64,000 nucleotides of DNA from an uncultured Verrucomicrobiae bacterium (GCA_963736745.1 CAVTQD010000006.1:18898-82897), one strand, 5' to 3'; numbered from the stretch's first letter, positions 9,130 to 18,376 are shown. Made by a program: numbers and translations. The notes: a model not told the origin generated them from the letters alone.

Positions 9130-10038
9130 TCATGGTCCCGTGACGCCTTTAACAGCGCGACTGATCGCTGAAAGATGTTCGGACGTGGTCCCGCAGCAGC
9201 CTCCAACGATCTGTACGCCGGCGGCAAGTAGCTGTAATGTGGTCGACGCCATCTGCTGGGGCGTGGCGTCGTAAACGGTCCGCTCGCCTTCTGTTCGGGG
9301 GGAGCCGGCATTCGGCTGGATTACCACGTGCGCACCACCCGCAACGGCGACGATCTGTTTTGCAAGTTCGACGTAATCCTTGAGATCGAGCAGAGTGCCA
9401 CAATTTGCCCCGACGATCTGCGCGCCGGAATCAATTGCGCGCTGTATGGCTTCCTCAACGCTGGTGCCCATCATCGTGCGGAAAACGTCCGGCGAGGTCT
9501 TCTGAAAAGCATAGGTCACGATCAGCGGTACACCTGCTTTGGAGGCCTTCGCGGCCTCGATTCCGACGACCGCTTCGGCGGGGTCGCTCATGGTTTCGAG
9601 AAGGATCGCATCCGCGCCTCCAGCAAGCAGCGCCTCTATTTGCACTTGAAATATATCTCGCAACTGATCGGGTGTCGTCTCGCCAACCGGTTCGAGGAAA
9701 TCACCGAATGGTCCGACATCGCCGAGCACCCATCCGGTGTCGCCCGCCGCATCGTGCGCGATTTGCGCGGCGGCACGATTCAATTCCCCCGTGCGATCGG
9801 CGAGGCCGTGGTGATTCAGCATGAAGCTTGAGCCGCCGAACGAGTTTGTCGTGATCAAGTCGGATCCGGCCGAGCGATAAGCATTGTGGATCTCGAGTAC
9901 ATCCGCAGGCCGATCCACATTCCACAGCATGCCACACTCGCCTCCCCTGAGGCCGCGGGCGAGGAGTTGGGTCCCCATCGCTCCATCGCAGCAGAGTCGC
10001 CTTGTTACCAGTTCGCTTAGAAGATCATTTCGTGCCAT
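9130..10038 (-). CDS. Homocysteine S-methyltransferase family protein (MetH N-terminal-like Hcy-binding domain only)
   Basis: 302 aa with CDGAMGTQL, ITTNSFG, IVGANCGT and IVGGCCGTTSEHL, the zinc-thiolate Cys pattern of the Pfam S-methyl_trans domain. No pterin-, cobalamin- or AdoMet-binding domains are attached. Confidence 0.85.
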   Translation of the reverse strand: MARNDLLSELVTRRLCCDGAMGTQLLARGLRGGECGMLWNVDRPADVLEIHNAYRSAGSDLITTNSFGGSSFMLNHHGLADRTGELNRAAAQIAHDAAGDTGWVLGDVGPFGDFLEPVGETTPDQLRDIFQVQIEALLAGGADAILLETMSDPAEAVVGIEAAKASKAGVPLIVTYAFQKTSPDVFRTMMGTSVEEAIQRAIDSGAQIVGANCGTLLDLKDYVELAKQIVAVAGGAHVVIQPNAGSPRTEGERTVYDATPQQMASTTLQLLAAGVQIVGGCCGTTSEHLSAISRAVKGVTGP

Positions 10039-10216
10039 GTAAGTCTAACCTTTACAAGCGCGCGTCGTGGTACGCAATTGAGAGCACGAAATCACAAGAG
10101 AATCATCCAGCCGCTGGTCTGGCGGACATGTGCGACTGGCGGGCCTGCGAGCAGGCAAGCCACTTTCCCGCGACGACTTCAGGAGGTAAGTTTCCTCAGC
10201 CTCAACAAATAGATCT

Positions 10217-11566
10217 ATGAAAACCATGACCTCGCGCCAACGTCTCATCACCACCCTAGAGCATCGCCAACCAGATCGGGTCTGCGTAGACTTCGGAGGC
10301 ACCTGGATCACCGGCATCCACACCTCCATCGTCCACCAACTCAAACAACGGCTTATCGGACCTTCCGCCACCCTGGCCCGTGTTCATGAACCCTACCAGA
10401 TGCTTGCAGAGGTGGACGCCGAACTCAGGGAAGCGCTCGGTGTGGATGTCATTGGCGTTTGGCCGCGTAAGAACCTTCTTGGTTACGAAGCCACTGATTG
10501 GAAACCGTTTACGTTGTTCGATGGCACGCCTTGTCTTGTCCCCGGAAATTTCAACGTCTCGCCGGCTGCCGATGGAGGCTGGCTCATGTATCCTGAAGGC
10601 GACACTTCAGCCCCACCTTCTGCCCACATGCCTAAAGGCGGATATTTCTTCGACACGCTCATTCGACAGGAGCCGATGGATGAGGACAATTTGAACCCGG
10701 AGGACAACCTCGAGGAATTCGGCTTGCTCTCCCCGGAGGACATCGCCTACTACCAGCAACAGGTGGCATGGTTGGACCAAAATGCCGGCGACTACGGGGT
10801 AATCTTGCTCGCTCCCGGCACCGCCTTTGGCGATATCGCTCTGGTTCCTGCCCCGTTCCTCAAGCATCCAAAAGGCATCCGGGACATCAGTGAATGGTAT
10901 ATGGCCACCGCGGCGCACCCGGACTATGTTCATGCTGTGTTCGAAAAGCAGTGCGAGTATGCTTTGAAGAACCTCGACACACTCATTGACATGTTCGGCG
11001 ACCGAGTGCAGGTGGTGGTAACCACCGGTACCGACTTCGGAACGCAGAATAGCCTGTTTATATCCATAGAATCCTATCGGGACTTGTTCAAACCCTATCA
11101 CAAGCGGCTAAACGATCTCATCCATCGGAAGTCGAACTGGAAAGTGTTCATCCATTCCTGCGGCGCGGTAGGGCAGCTGATCCCGGATTTCATCGAAGCC
11201 GGCTTTGACATTCTAAATCCCGTCCAGTGTTCCGCCGCCGGCATGGACCCCGTTCAACTCAAACAAAATTTTGGCCGGGACATCACCTTTTGGGGTGGGT
11301 GTGTCAATACCCAGCACACCATGTATCAGAGCCCTGAGGCAGTGTATCGCGAGGTGCGTGAGCGCATTGACATCTTTAACCAGGGCGGCGGTTACGTCTG
11401 CAACTCCATCCACAACATCCAGGGAAATTCACCGATTGAGAATATCCTCGCGATGTTCAAAGCCATCCACGACAGCAGCGACGAGCTGTCTGCTGCTGCT
11501 CCGGGCGGTCTGGCGCCTGGTTCTGGAAACCAGGGGCATTCGCTGGAAGAAGTCCAACAGAATTGA
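10217..11566 (+). CDS. Uroporphyrinogen decarboxylase family protein (MtaA/CmuA-like methylcobamide methyltransferase candidate)
   Basis: 449 aa. RQRLITTLEHRQPDRVCVDFGG at the N-terminus, FIHSCGAVGQLIPDFIEAGFDILNPVQ (H-x-C-G zinc motif) and GGYVCNSIHNIQ near the C-terminus. It is a paralog of the partial gene at 1..1004. Confidence 0.85.
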   Translation: MKTMTSRQRLITTLEHRQPDRVCVDFGGTWITGIHTSIVHQLKQRLIGPSATLARVHEPYQMLAEVDAELREALGVDVIGVWPRKNLLGYEATDWKPFTLFDGTPCLVPGNFNVSPAADGGWLMYPEGDTSAPPSAHMPKGGYFFDTLIRQEPMDEDNLNPEDNLEEFGLLSPEDIAYYQQQVAWLDQNAGDYGVILLAPGTAFGDIALVPAPFLKHPKGIRDISEWYMATAAHPDYVHAVFEKQCEYALKNLDTLIDMFGDRVQVVVTTGTDFGTQNSLFISIESYRDLFKPYHKRLNDLIHRKSNWKVFIHSCGAVGQLIPDFIEAGFDILNPVQCSAAGMDPVQLKQNFGRDITFWGGCVNTQHTMYQSPEAVYREVRERIDIFNQGGGYVCNSIHNIQGNSPIENILAMFKAIHDSSDELSAAAPGGLAPGSGNQGHSLEEVQQN

Positions 11567-11658
11567 TCGCGCAACGAACCGGTCAGGATTGAGCGCGCGA
11601 GTTTCATAGGGAGAAAATGGGCAATTGCACCAGAGACGAGCCAAGGTCGCACTAACGG

Positions 11659-12438
11659 ATGATCAAACGGAAGAAACAACAGTCGGCCGGCGAGCGACCA
11701 CCACGGCTTGCGCTGTTTGCCTGTCGGGTGTTCGAGCGGGAAATTGCGCTCCACGCGGCCGCCGCCAAACACATCATGGTAACCAGGTATTTCGAGGTGG
11801 GGCTGCACGACCGTCCAGACGAACTTCGTGCGACTCTGCAAGCAGCCCTCTCCGAGGTGGAACAAAGGGACGACATCGAAGCTGTGGTGCTGGCCTATGG
11901 TCTATGCGGACGTGGCACTGCGGGATTGCAGCCATCGAGGCACCGACTCGTCATCCCACGTGCGCACGACTGCATCACGGTTTTCATGGGCAGTAAGGAA
12001 ATCTACGCGGAACACCAACGCCGCTGTCATACCTGCTACTTCTACACGCCCGGCTGGAATCGCGAACGACGTGTTCCCGGCCCGGAACAGCTGGAATCAA
12101 AACGGGTCGAGTTCCTGAAAAAGTTCGATCCCGAGGACGTGGACTTTCTCATTGAAACCGAGCGCGAACAATGGGCGATGTACGACACGGCGACCTATAT
12201 CGATTTAGGAACTGATGATGCCGCGGCGGAAGCGGAATACGCCCGCCGATGCGCCGACTGGCTTGGCTGGAAGTTTGAGCACATGCACGGCGACCCGGCG
12301 CTCCTGCGTGATTTGCTCTGGGGCAACTGGGACGCGGATCGCTTTCAAATCATCGAGCCGGGTTCGCGTTTGGGCCACTCTCCGGACGAAGCCATTCTTC
12401 GATCAGAGCAGGTGGAAACCAAAACGCCCGAACCATGA
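11659..12438 (+). CDS. DUF1638 domain protein
   Basis: 259 aa with VVLAYGLCGRGTAGL and VIPRAHDCITVFMGSKE, the signature blocks of DUF1638. This family recurs next to corrinoid methyltransferase systems. Its stop overlaps the next start (ATGA at 12435-12438). Confidence 0.8.
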   Translation: MIKRKKQQSAGERPPRLALFACRVFEREIALHAAAAKHIMVTRYFEVGLHDRPDELRATLQAALSEVEQRDDIEAVVLAYGLCGRGTAGLQPSRHRLVIPRAHDCITVFMGSKEIYAEHQRRCHTCYFYTPGWNRERRVPGPEQLESKRVEFLKKFDPEDVDFLIETEREQWAMYDTATYIDLGTDDAAAEAEYARRCADWLGWKFEHMHGDPALLRDLLWGNWDADRFQIIEPGSRLGHSPDEAILRSEQVETKTPEP

Positions 12439-14074
12439 AGAGCGGCGAAAGGATCGTGGTGGAATTGGAAGACGGCCAACGCCGGACATTCGCCATCCCT
12501 TCGGGAACCCATTCGCTGGCGGATGTGCTTGCGTTGCAAGGATTGCCGTTGAACACCCGCTGTGGACAGCGTGGACTGTGCCGCGGCTGCGAAGTGACTT
12601 TGCGCGAAGGTACGCTCGCCACCGACGGACGGCCCGTCAATGCGCCCGCCACGATCCAGGCTTGCCGGGCGCGGCTGGTTGGTGACGCAATCATTCATAT
12701 TCCGGCGCGCTCGCGCATGGAACACCAACCGCGGGTTGCCGAGACGTTTGAAATCGCCGTGGCTTATGCGCATCAACCGTTGTTTGCGCCGGTCTCCGGT
12801 ATTCGCGATATGGCATTCGCTGTGGATGTGGGCACGACGACAGTCGTCGTGCTGCTGGTGGATTTGGTGACGGGCGAGGTACTCTCGCGAGCAGGCGGAT
12901 TCAACGAGCAGATTCGCTTTGGCGACAATGTAGTGACACGGATTGACCAAGCAAGGTCGCAGGAGGCCATTGCGTCCCTGCAAAATGCGGTGGTGGCGCA
13001 AACGATTGCGCCCCTGCTGCGGCGCGCCTGCGGGCGGGCGGGGCGGATGCCGGATCGAATCGCCGGGGGAGCGATCGTGGGCAACACGACAATGCTCCAT
13101 CTTCTCGCCGGCGAAGACCCTTCCTCGCTGGGGGTCGCGCCTTTCACCCCGCGATTTATTGAGGGCCGTCGGCTTACCGCCCGTCAAATCGCGCTTGAGA
13201 TCGAAGGACTGCGTCCGGAAACGCCCGTACAATTACTCCCGGGTATCGCGGCTACATTGGGGCGGACATCACGGCCGGCGTGTATGTAACGGGGATGGCT
13301 TTCGACGAGGCCCCGAGCCTGCTGGCGGACGTCGGAACGAATGGGGAAATCGTTCTGCAAAGCGGTGGTCGGCTCACGGCCTGCGCGACGGCAGCCGGGC
13401 CCGCCTTTGAAGGTTGTGGGCTGAGCTGCGGAACCAGGGCGAAGGAAGGAGCGGTGAGCGACCTGCGCTTTACGCTCGATCCGTTCCGTCTTGAGGTGGA
13501 AACCATCGGACAGGTTCCATTGGCGCGAGCAACCGGGGTATGCGGCTCGGCGTACATCGATTTTCTGGCGCTGGCGCGTCGAAATGGACTGCTTGCGGAG
13601 ACAGGACGATTTGAAATCGCGGCCTGGGAAAAAATCCCGGACGGTTACCGCGATGTGAGAGAAGACGAAAGGGCGGTTCGCCTTGGGGATGTCGGCCAGG
13701 CTCGGCAGTGGCGAATCAGCGAAGTGGACGTAGCGCTATTGTTGCAGGCCAAGGCGGCGATCGGGGCGGGCATTGAAACCCTGCTGCTAACGGCGGGGGT
13801 CCCTGCGGAAGAAGTGGGGCGGGTCTGTCTCGCCGGTGGATTCGGGATGCACTTGAATGTAGCCCACGCGATTGCCATCGGACTGCTGCCGGGCTTTCAC
13901 GAAGCACAGGTGCGCGTGGTCGGCAATACAGCGCTGGCAGGCGCCTTGCTGGCGCTGGTGGACCGCAACACGCTTGGGGAAATGGAGGCGCTGCGCGCGC
14001 AGGTTGAAGTCTTCGAGCTGAATCTGGCGGACGGCTTTGAAGACCGCTATATAGAGCACCTGATGCTGCCATGA
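12435..14074 (+). pseudogene. RamA-like corrinoid reductive activase (2Fe-2S ferredoxin domain + ASKHA/DUF4445 ATPase), one frameshift
   Basis: N-terminal CGQRGLCRGCEV ferredoxin-like Cys cluster, then ASKHA phosphate motifs FAVDVGTTTVV and LLADVGTNGEIV. ORFs 12435..13289 and 13280..14074 join as ...LLPGIA-GYIGADITAGVYVTGM if one G is restored in the gcgg run near 13248-13251. Confidence 0.8.
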
Positions 14075-14793
14075 ATGATTTTCCCGCCGTGCCGCTGCTG
14101 GAATACCGGCCTTACGATCGGATCCGAGAATTTTACCTTTATCAGGAACCGCATCTCATCGCTGCCGTCCGGCGGGGAGACCGCGCCGAGGCAAGGAGGA
14201 TCATCAATCATGTGCTCGTCCATATTTACAGTGCCGGCGAGGGACGGAGCGATCTGCTCAAGGGACTTTTATTGGAGCTGGTGGTGATGATTTCAAGGGC
14301 GGCGGTCGAGGCGGGTGCAGTGCAGTCCGAACTGCTCGGCATGAGCTTTCGTCTATTGACTGAGTTAGCGGATATTGACGACGACGAACTACTGGTCGCA
14401 TGGCTGCGCAGGACGCTAGAGAATCTCATGACCGCCATCGAGCGACAGGAGGACTTCACCCCGCCGTTGCTGATCAAAAAAGCGCTCGATTTTATGCGGG
14501 AAAATCTGCACCGGGAGATTTCACGCGACGAAACGGCGCGTTTTGCCGGAATTTCGCCGAGCCATTTTTCACGGTTGCTCAAGGAACGCACGGGACGCTC
14601 GTTCACGGAATTGTTGCGGCAGTGCCGGGTCAATCTGGCCTGCGAACTGCTCGTTAAGACCGACCGGTCGCTGGCAGAGATAGGCGGCGCGTGCGGCTTC
14701 TGCGATCAGAGTTATTTCACCCGGGTCTTTCAGGACGTCAAAGGCGCGACGCCCAGGCAGTTCCGGGCGGCCGCGAGACCTGAGGCGGTTTAG
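14071..14793 (+). CDS. AraC-family transcriptional regulator
   Basis: 240 aa with a C-terminal double HTH (ARFAGISPSHFSRLLKERTGRSFTELLRQCRVNLACELLVKTDRSLAEIGGACGFCDQSYFTRVFQ). The start overlaps the activase stop (ATGA). Confidence 0.85.
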   Translation: MNDFPAVPLLEYRPYDRIREFYLYQEPHLIAAVRRGDRAEARRIINHVLVHIYSAGEGRSDLLKGLLLELVVMISRAAVEAGAVQSELLGMSFRLLTELADIDDDELLVAWLRRTLENLMTAIERQEDFTPPLLIKKALDFMRENLHREISRDETARFAGISPSHFSRLLKERTGRSFTELLRQCRVNLACELLVKTDRSLAEIGGACGFCDQSYFTRVFQDVKGATPRQFRAAARPEAV

Positions 14794-14913
14794 CCTGCAC
14801 CGCTCACGAACCTTTAGAGATTGGTGACCGGTGCAGGCTGGATGCAAACCCACGGCATCGCAAAGCACGAAATCAACAAAGAAACGTTCCAAAGTACAAG
14901 ACCGGTTCGTGAG
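14792..14913 (+). promoter_or_regulatory. Structured leader between the araC-like gene and mtaC: two perfect, mutually crossing inverted repeats
   Basis: agcctgcaccg (14792-14802) pairs with cggtgcaggct (14829-14839). The immediately adjacent ctcacgaacc (14803-14812) pairs with ggttcgtgag (14904-14913). The arms interleave, so they form either a pseudoknot or alternative conformers. Function is unproven. Confidence 0.35.
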
Positions 14914-14936
14914 GATCAATTAATCTGGGACACACC

Positions 14937-15575
14937 ATGAACGACGACGTACATCCTCTTACGCAGGCCATCATCGCGGGGCGCCGCAAGGAAGTCTCAG
15001 AACTGGTTAAACAATGCATTGATGCGGGCGAGAGCGCCGGCTCCATCGTGGAGAAGCGCCTGGTACCGGGAATGGCGGCGGTAGGCGAGAAATTCAAGCG
15101 GCATGAAATTTTTGTTCCCGAGATGCTTATTGCCGCCCGCGCCATGAAGGAGGCACTGAAAATCCTCGAGCCCCTGCTCGTCGCGGCGGGAATTAAACCC
15201 GAGCACAATGCCGTTATCGGGACTGTTGAGGGCGACCTGCACGACATCGGCAAAAACCTCGTCGCCATGATGTGGAAGGGCGCAAACATCAACGTGATCG
15301 ACCTGGGTGCGAACGTGCCCCCCGCGAAGTTTCTCGAAGCCATCAAAGAGCATCAGCCTAAGCTGGTGGGACTATCCGCGCTCCTGACTACAACCATGCC
15401 CGCGATGCGCGACACCGTGAAAGCCATTCGCGATGCGGGACTGAGCTGTAAGATCATGGTGGGAGGAGCTCCGATCACCTTGGAATATGCCCGCGAAATC
15501 GGCGCCGACGGTTACGCACCCGACGCCGGCAGCGCGGTCGATGCGGCGATGGCAATTTTACAGGAAAAGGCCTGA
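14937..15575 (+). CDS. mtaC: Corrinoid (B12-binding) protein, MtaC/MtbC-like
   Basis: 212 aa with an N-terminal helical cap and a Rossmann B12-binding domain. The base-off/His-on motif is GTVEGDLHDIGKN, followed by GLSALLTTTM and MVGGAPI. Confidence 0.9.
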   Translation: MNDDVHPLTQAIIAGRRKEVSELVKQCIDAGESAGSIVEKRLVPGMAAVGEKFKRHEIFVPEMLIAARAMKEALKILEPLLVAAGIKPEHNAVIGTVEGDLHDIGKNLVAMMWKGANINVIDLGANVPPAKFLEAIKEHQPKLVGLSALLTTTMPAMRDTVKAIRDAGLSCKIMVGGAPITLEYAREIGADGYAPDAGSAVDAAMAILQEKA

Positions 15576-15668
15576 ACCCCGGCCCCCGATTACGGGAACA
15601 CGATCAAAGGGAAGGTGGAGGCGCTCCTCGGCGGAGACTGACTCTGTATCACAAAAAAACAATCCACT

Positions 15669-17045
15669 ATGTATTTCAAGTCCCTTGCCATCGACGATCC
15701 CACGGACCTGATCTTTGGCGTTGCCCCCAAACCGTTGACGACCCGCAGCGGAATGGTGATCGGCGGCGGCACCGTTTATCCGGAACTGAACTTTACGCTG
15801 CCACCAATGACGATCGATGCGAGCAGCATGGGAGAGGTTCGCCGCAACTACGAGCAGATCATTGAATTGGCCCTTCGCCGGGCTGCGGAGCTTGATGCGC
15901 CCGGCGTGGTGATCGAGTTTGAGACCCTGCCGCCGATGACGGAGCATCCCGCGTGGGGCTTGGAAATAGCGAAGATTCTGCTGGAGGGCATGCAGCGCGA
16001 GCAGAACAAGAGCGGCCTGAAAAGCGTTCTGCGCATGACGCCCAATGACAACCGCGAGTTCGAGCGTCCCCCATTGATGCGTCATGGCCGCTACTGGGAA
16101 GCGATGCTGGAATTGTTTGAAGGCTCGGCGGCAGCGGGGGCTGAGTTGTTAAGCATCGAATCAGTCGGAGGAAAGGAGCTGCACGACGAGGCACTGGTCA
16201 ATGGCGACTTGGCGCGGAGCCTGTTTTCGCTCTGTATCCTCGGCGAACGCGATATGCGCTTTCTCTGGACGCATCTTCAGCAGATTGCGGACAGAAACGG
16301 GGTGAAATGCGCAGGGGATACCGCGTGCGGTTTTGGAAACACGGCAATGGTGTTGGCTGAACAGAAGATGATCCCGCGGGTCTTCGCCGCCGTCGTGCGT
16401 GCCATGACGGCCGTCCGTTCGCTGGTCGCCTATGAATGCGGCGCAGTCGGGCCGGGCAAGGATTGCGGCTACGAAAATCCGATCCTGAAGGCGATCACCG
16501 GTTATCCCATGGCGATGGAAGGCAAGACCTCGGCCTGCGCGCACCTCAGTCCGATGGGCAACCTGGCCGCCGCCGCCTGTGATACCTGGTCGAACGAGTC
16601 GGTTCAGAACATCAAGCTCCTCGGGGGCATGGCTCCGACCTGTTACATGGAGCAACTTATTTATGATTGCCGCCTGATGAACACCGCGCGCGCAAGCGGG
16701 CGCGAGTCCGCACGAATGCTTCAGCGTTGGCTGGTGGATTCCGACGTGGCCTCCGATCCGCAGGCGTTCATCATTTCCCCGGAGTCCTCGGTCGAGCTGG
16801 CGCGCGTGATTGTCGCCGCCGACTCACACTATCATGCAGGTGTGGCGGTGGCCCGGAAAGCAGTGGAGTTGCTGCGCACGGCGCACGAGGAGGGCAGGGT
16901 GCGGATTGCCAAGAACGAAACCGACTGGTTCGGCACGATGCAGGACGCCCTGGACGAACTACCCGAAACCGAGGGACGATTTATTGAGACGCAACTTGCG
17001 CTGGCCGACACCAGTCAGTTCCTGCAGTCCGAATACGGATTGTGA
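15669..17045 (+). CDS. mtaB: MtaB-family methanol:corrinoid methyltransferase homolog
   Basis: 458 aa, collinear with archaeal MtaB as I recall it: LLSIESVGGKE, AGDTACGFGNTAM, SLVAYECGAVGPGKDCGYENPILKAITGYPMAMEGKTSACAH, CDTWSNESV. The Glu/Cys/Cys contexts that bind zinc in Methanosarcina MtaB appear conserved. Confidence 0.85.
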   Translation: MYFKSLAIDDPTDLIFGVAPKPLTTRSGMVIGGGTVYPELNFTLPPMTIDASSMGEVRRNYEQIIELALRRAAELDAPGVVIEFETLPPMTEHPAWGLEIAKILLEGMQREQNKSGLKSVLRMTPNDNREFERPPLMRHGRYWEAMLELFEGSAAAGAELLSIESVGGKELHDEALVNGDLARSLFSLCILGERDMRFLWTHLQQIADRNGVKCAGDTACGFGNTAMVLAEQKMIPRVFAAVVRAMTAVRSLVAYECGAVGPGKDCGYENPILKAITGYPMAMEGKTSACAHLSPMGNLAAAACDTWSNESVQNIKLLGGMAPTCYMEQLIYDCRLMNTARASGRESARMLQRWLVDSDVASDPQAFIISPESSVELARVIVAADSHYHAGVAVARKAVELLRTAHEEGRVRIAKNETDWFGTMQDALDELPETEGRFIETQLALADTSQFLQSEYGL

Positions 17046-17058
17046 GCGCGACCGGATC

Positions 17059-17152
17059 CTAGCAGTCCTGTCCCCAAAATAGCAGGTATATTGCCGGAGG
17101 TCAGTTGGCTGTTTTTCAAGGCGGTCCGAACCGGACTGCCGGTAAAGCGCCC
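17059..17152 (+). repeat. Copy B of the 59-bp intergenic repeat, right flank of the methyl-transfer island
   Basis: The ctagca lead-in is at 17059-17064, the core at 17065-17123, and aagcgccc at 17145-17152. It has the same orientation as copy A and starts 14 bp after the mtaB stop. Confidence 0.6.
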
Positions 17153-17297
17153 ATATCTGATGCCCATCCAATGAAAACGATGAAAAGTCATGCCTCTTGA
17201 CAAAGCTGCCACTTTTTCCAGTTTGCTATCTCCGGGCTTTCTGGTTGATTCCTCCGCCCATCCCCTCACTAACAGATAAACTCCACCCCCCCACCTT

Positions 17298-18275
17298 ATG
17301 CGCAATTCGCACCCGATCGTTTCGAGGCTTTTCCTCCTCGGCTTCCTTGCTTTAGTCAGCTCAGTGAGCGTGCCGTCTAAGGCCGCTACTTCTGACCAAC
17401 TCTATGTTGAGGTGTCTGCTCTTGGCAGCCTCGACTATTTCTACGATCACAAATTGGGCCTGCAGGAGGCGGGCAAAGCGATGGGCGTGCAAACCGCCTA
17501 CGTAGGTCCCGCCAGCTATGATATGTCTGCGATGATCACTGCGTTCGAACAGACCATCGCGCGTAAGCCCGCAGGCATCATCGTTGTCGGCTTTGAATCT
17601 TCCCTGAACGCAATTGTGGACAAAGCAGAAGATGCGGGCATACCCGTCGTCACAGTTGACGCCGACCTGCCTGGTTCCAAGCGCATTGCCTTCGTCGGCA
17701 CCGGGAATCTACAGGCGGGCTACGAAGGTGGCAAGACGCTCTCGCGGTTGATTGGAGGAAAAGGCAAGGTGGCCTTATTGACCAAGCCAGGACAATCCAA
17801 CCTGGAGGAACGCATCGCGGGCTATAAGAAAGCTTTTGGCGAAAGCAAGGATATACAACTGGTACAGGTGGCTGATACCCAATCCGATCCGAGCGTCGCG
17901 GCACAGGCCGCGGCGTCTCTTCTCCAGAAATTCCCCGACCTGGGTGGAATCGGTTGCGTGGAAGCGGCGGGCGGCAGCGGGGCAGCGACCGCGGTCAACG
18001 AAGCCGGTAAGAAGGGGACGGTGAAGATTGTTTCCATGGATCGTGGCAACGATGTGTTACAAGGTATTAAAGACGGTGTGATCTCCGCAACCGTTGTGCA
18101 GCAAACCGCCCTCATGCCTTTTTACGCGCTCCAGATTCTCTACAATCTGAAGAACCATCCGATAGCGATCTCCAACGATAACGCGGCGGCGCATGTCCTC
18201 GGTGTACCAGCGGTAGTAGATACCGGCGTGATTATTGTCGACGAGCACAATTACCAGTATTTCATGCGCAAATAG
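17298..18275 (+). CDS. Sugar ABC transporter substrate-binding protein (CUT2 type)
   Basis: 325 aa with a signal peptide (LFLLGFLALVSSVSVPSKA) and PBP type I blocks (KPAGIIVVGFE, GIPVVTVDADLPG, VKIVSMDRG). Confidence 0.85.
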   Translation: MRNSHPIVSRLFLLGFLALVSSVSVPSKAATSDQLYVEVSALGSLDYFYDHKLGLQEAGKAMGVQTAYVGPASYDMSAMITAFEQTIARKPAGIIVVGFESSLNAIVDKAEDAGIPVVTVDADLPGSKRIAFVGTGNLQAGYEGGKTLSRLIGGKGKVALLTKPGQSNLEERIAGYKKAFGESKDIQLVQVADTQSDPSVAAQAAASLLQKFPDLGGIGCVEAAGGSGAATAVNEAGKKGTVKIVSMDRGNDVLQGIKDGVISATVVQQTALMPFYALQILYNLKNHPIAISNDNAAAHVLGVPAVVDTGVIIVDEHNYQYFMRK

Positions 18276-18376
18276 GCGTCTTTTTGGTGGCAACAATGCT
18301 GGCAGGAAAAGGAAATCTTCCAGCGGCTAGCCAGCGCAGTCATCGGTTTTCGAATAAAAACAGGTGAAGTTGTCCG

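Noticed and set aside
12345-13232. Antisense ORFs opposite real genes (12345..13232 minus; likewise 37777..38703 plus and 54250..55359 plus)
   Set aside because: Each lies opposite a gene with strong family motifs (RamA-like, cbiB/cobQ, SBP) and has no recognisable domain itself.
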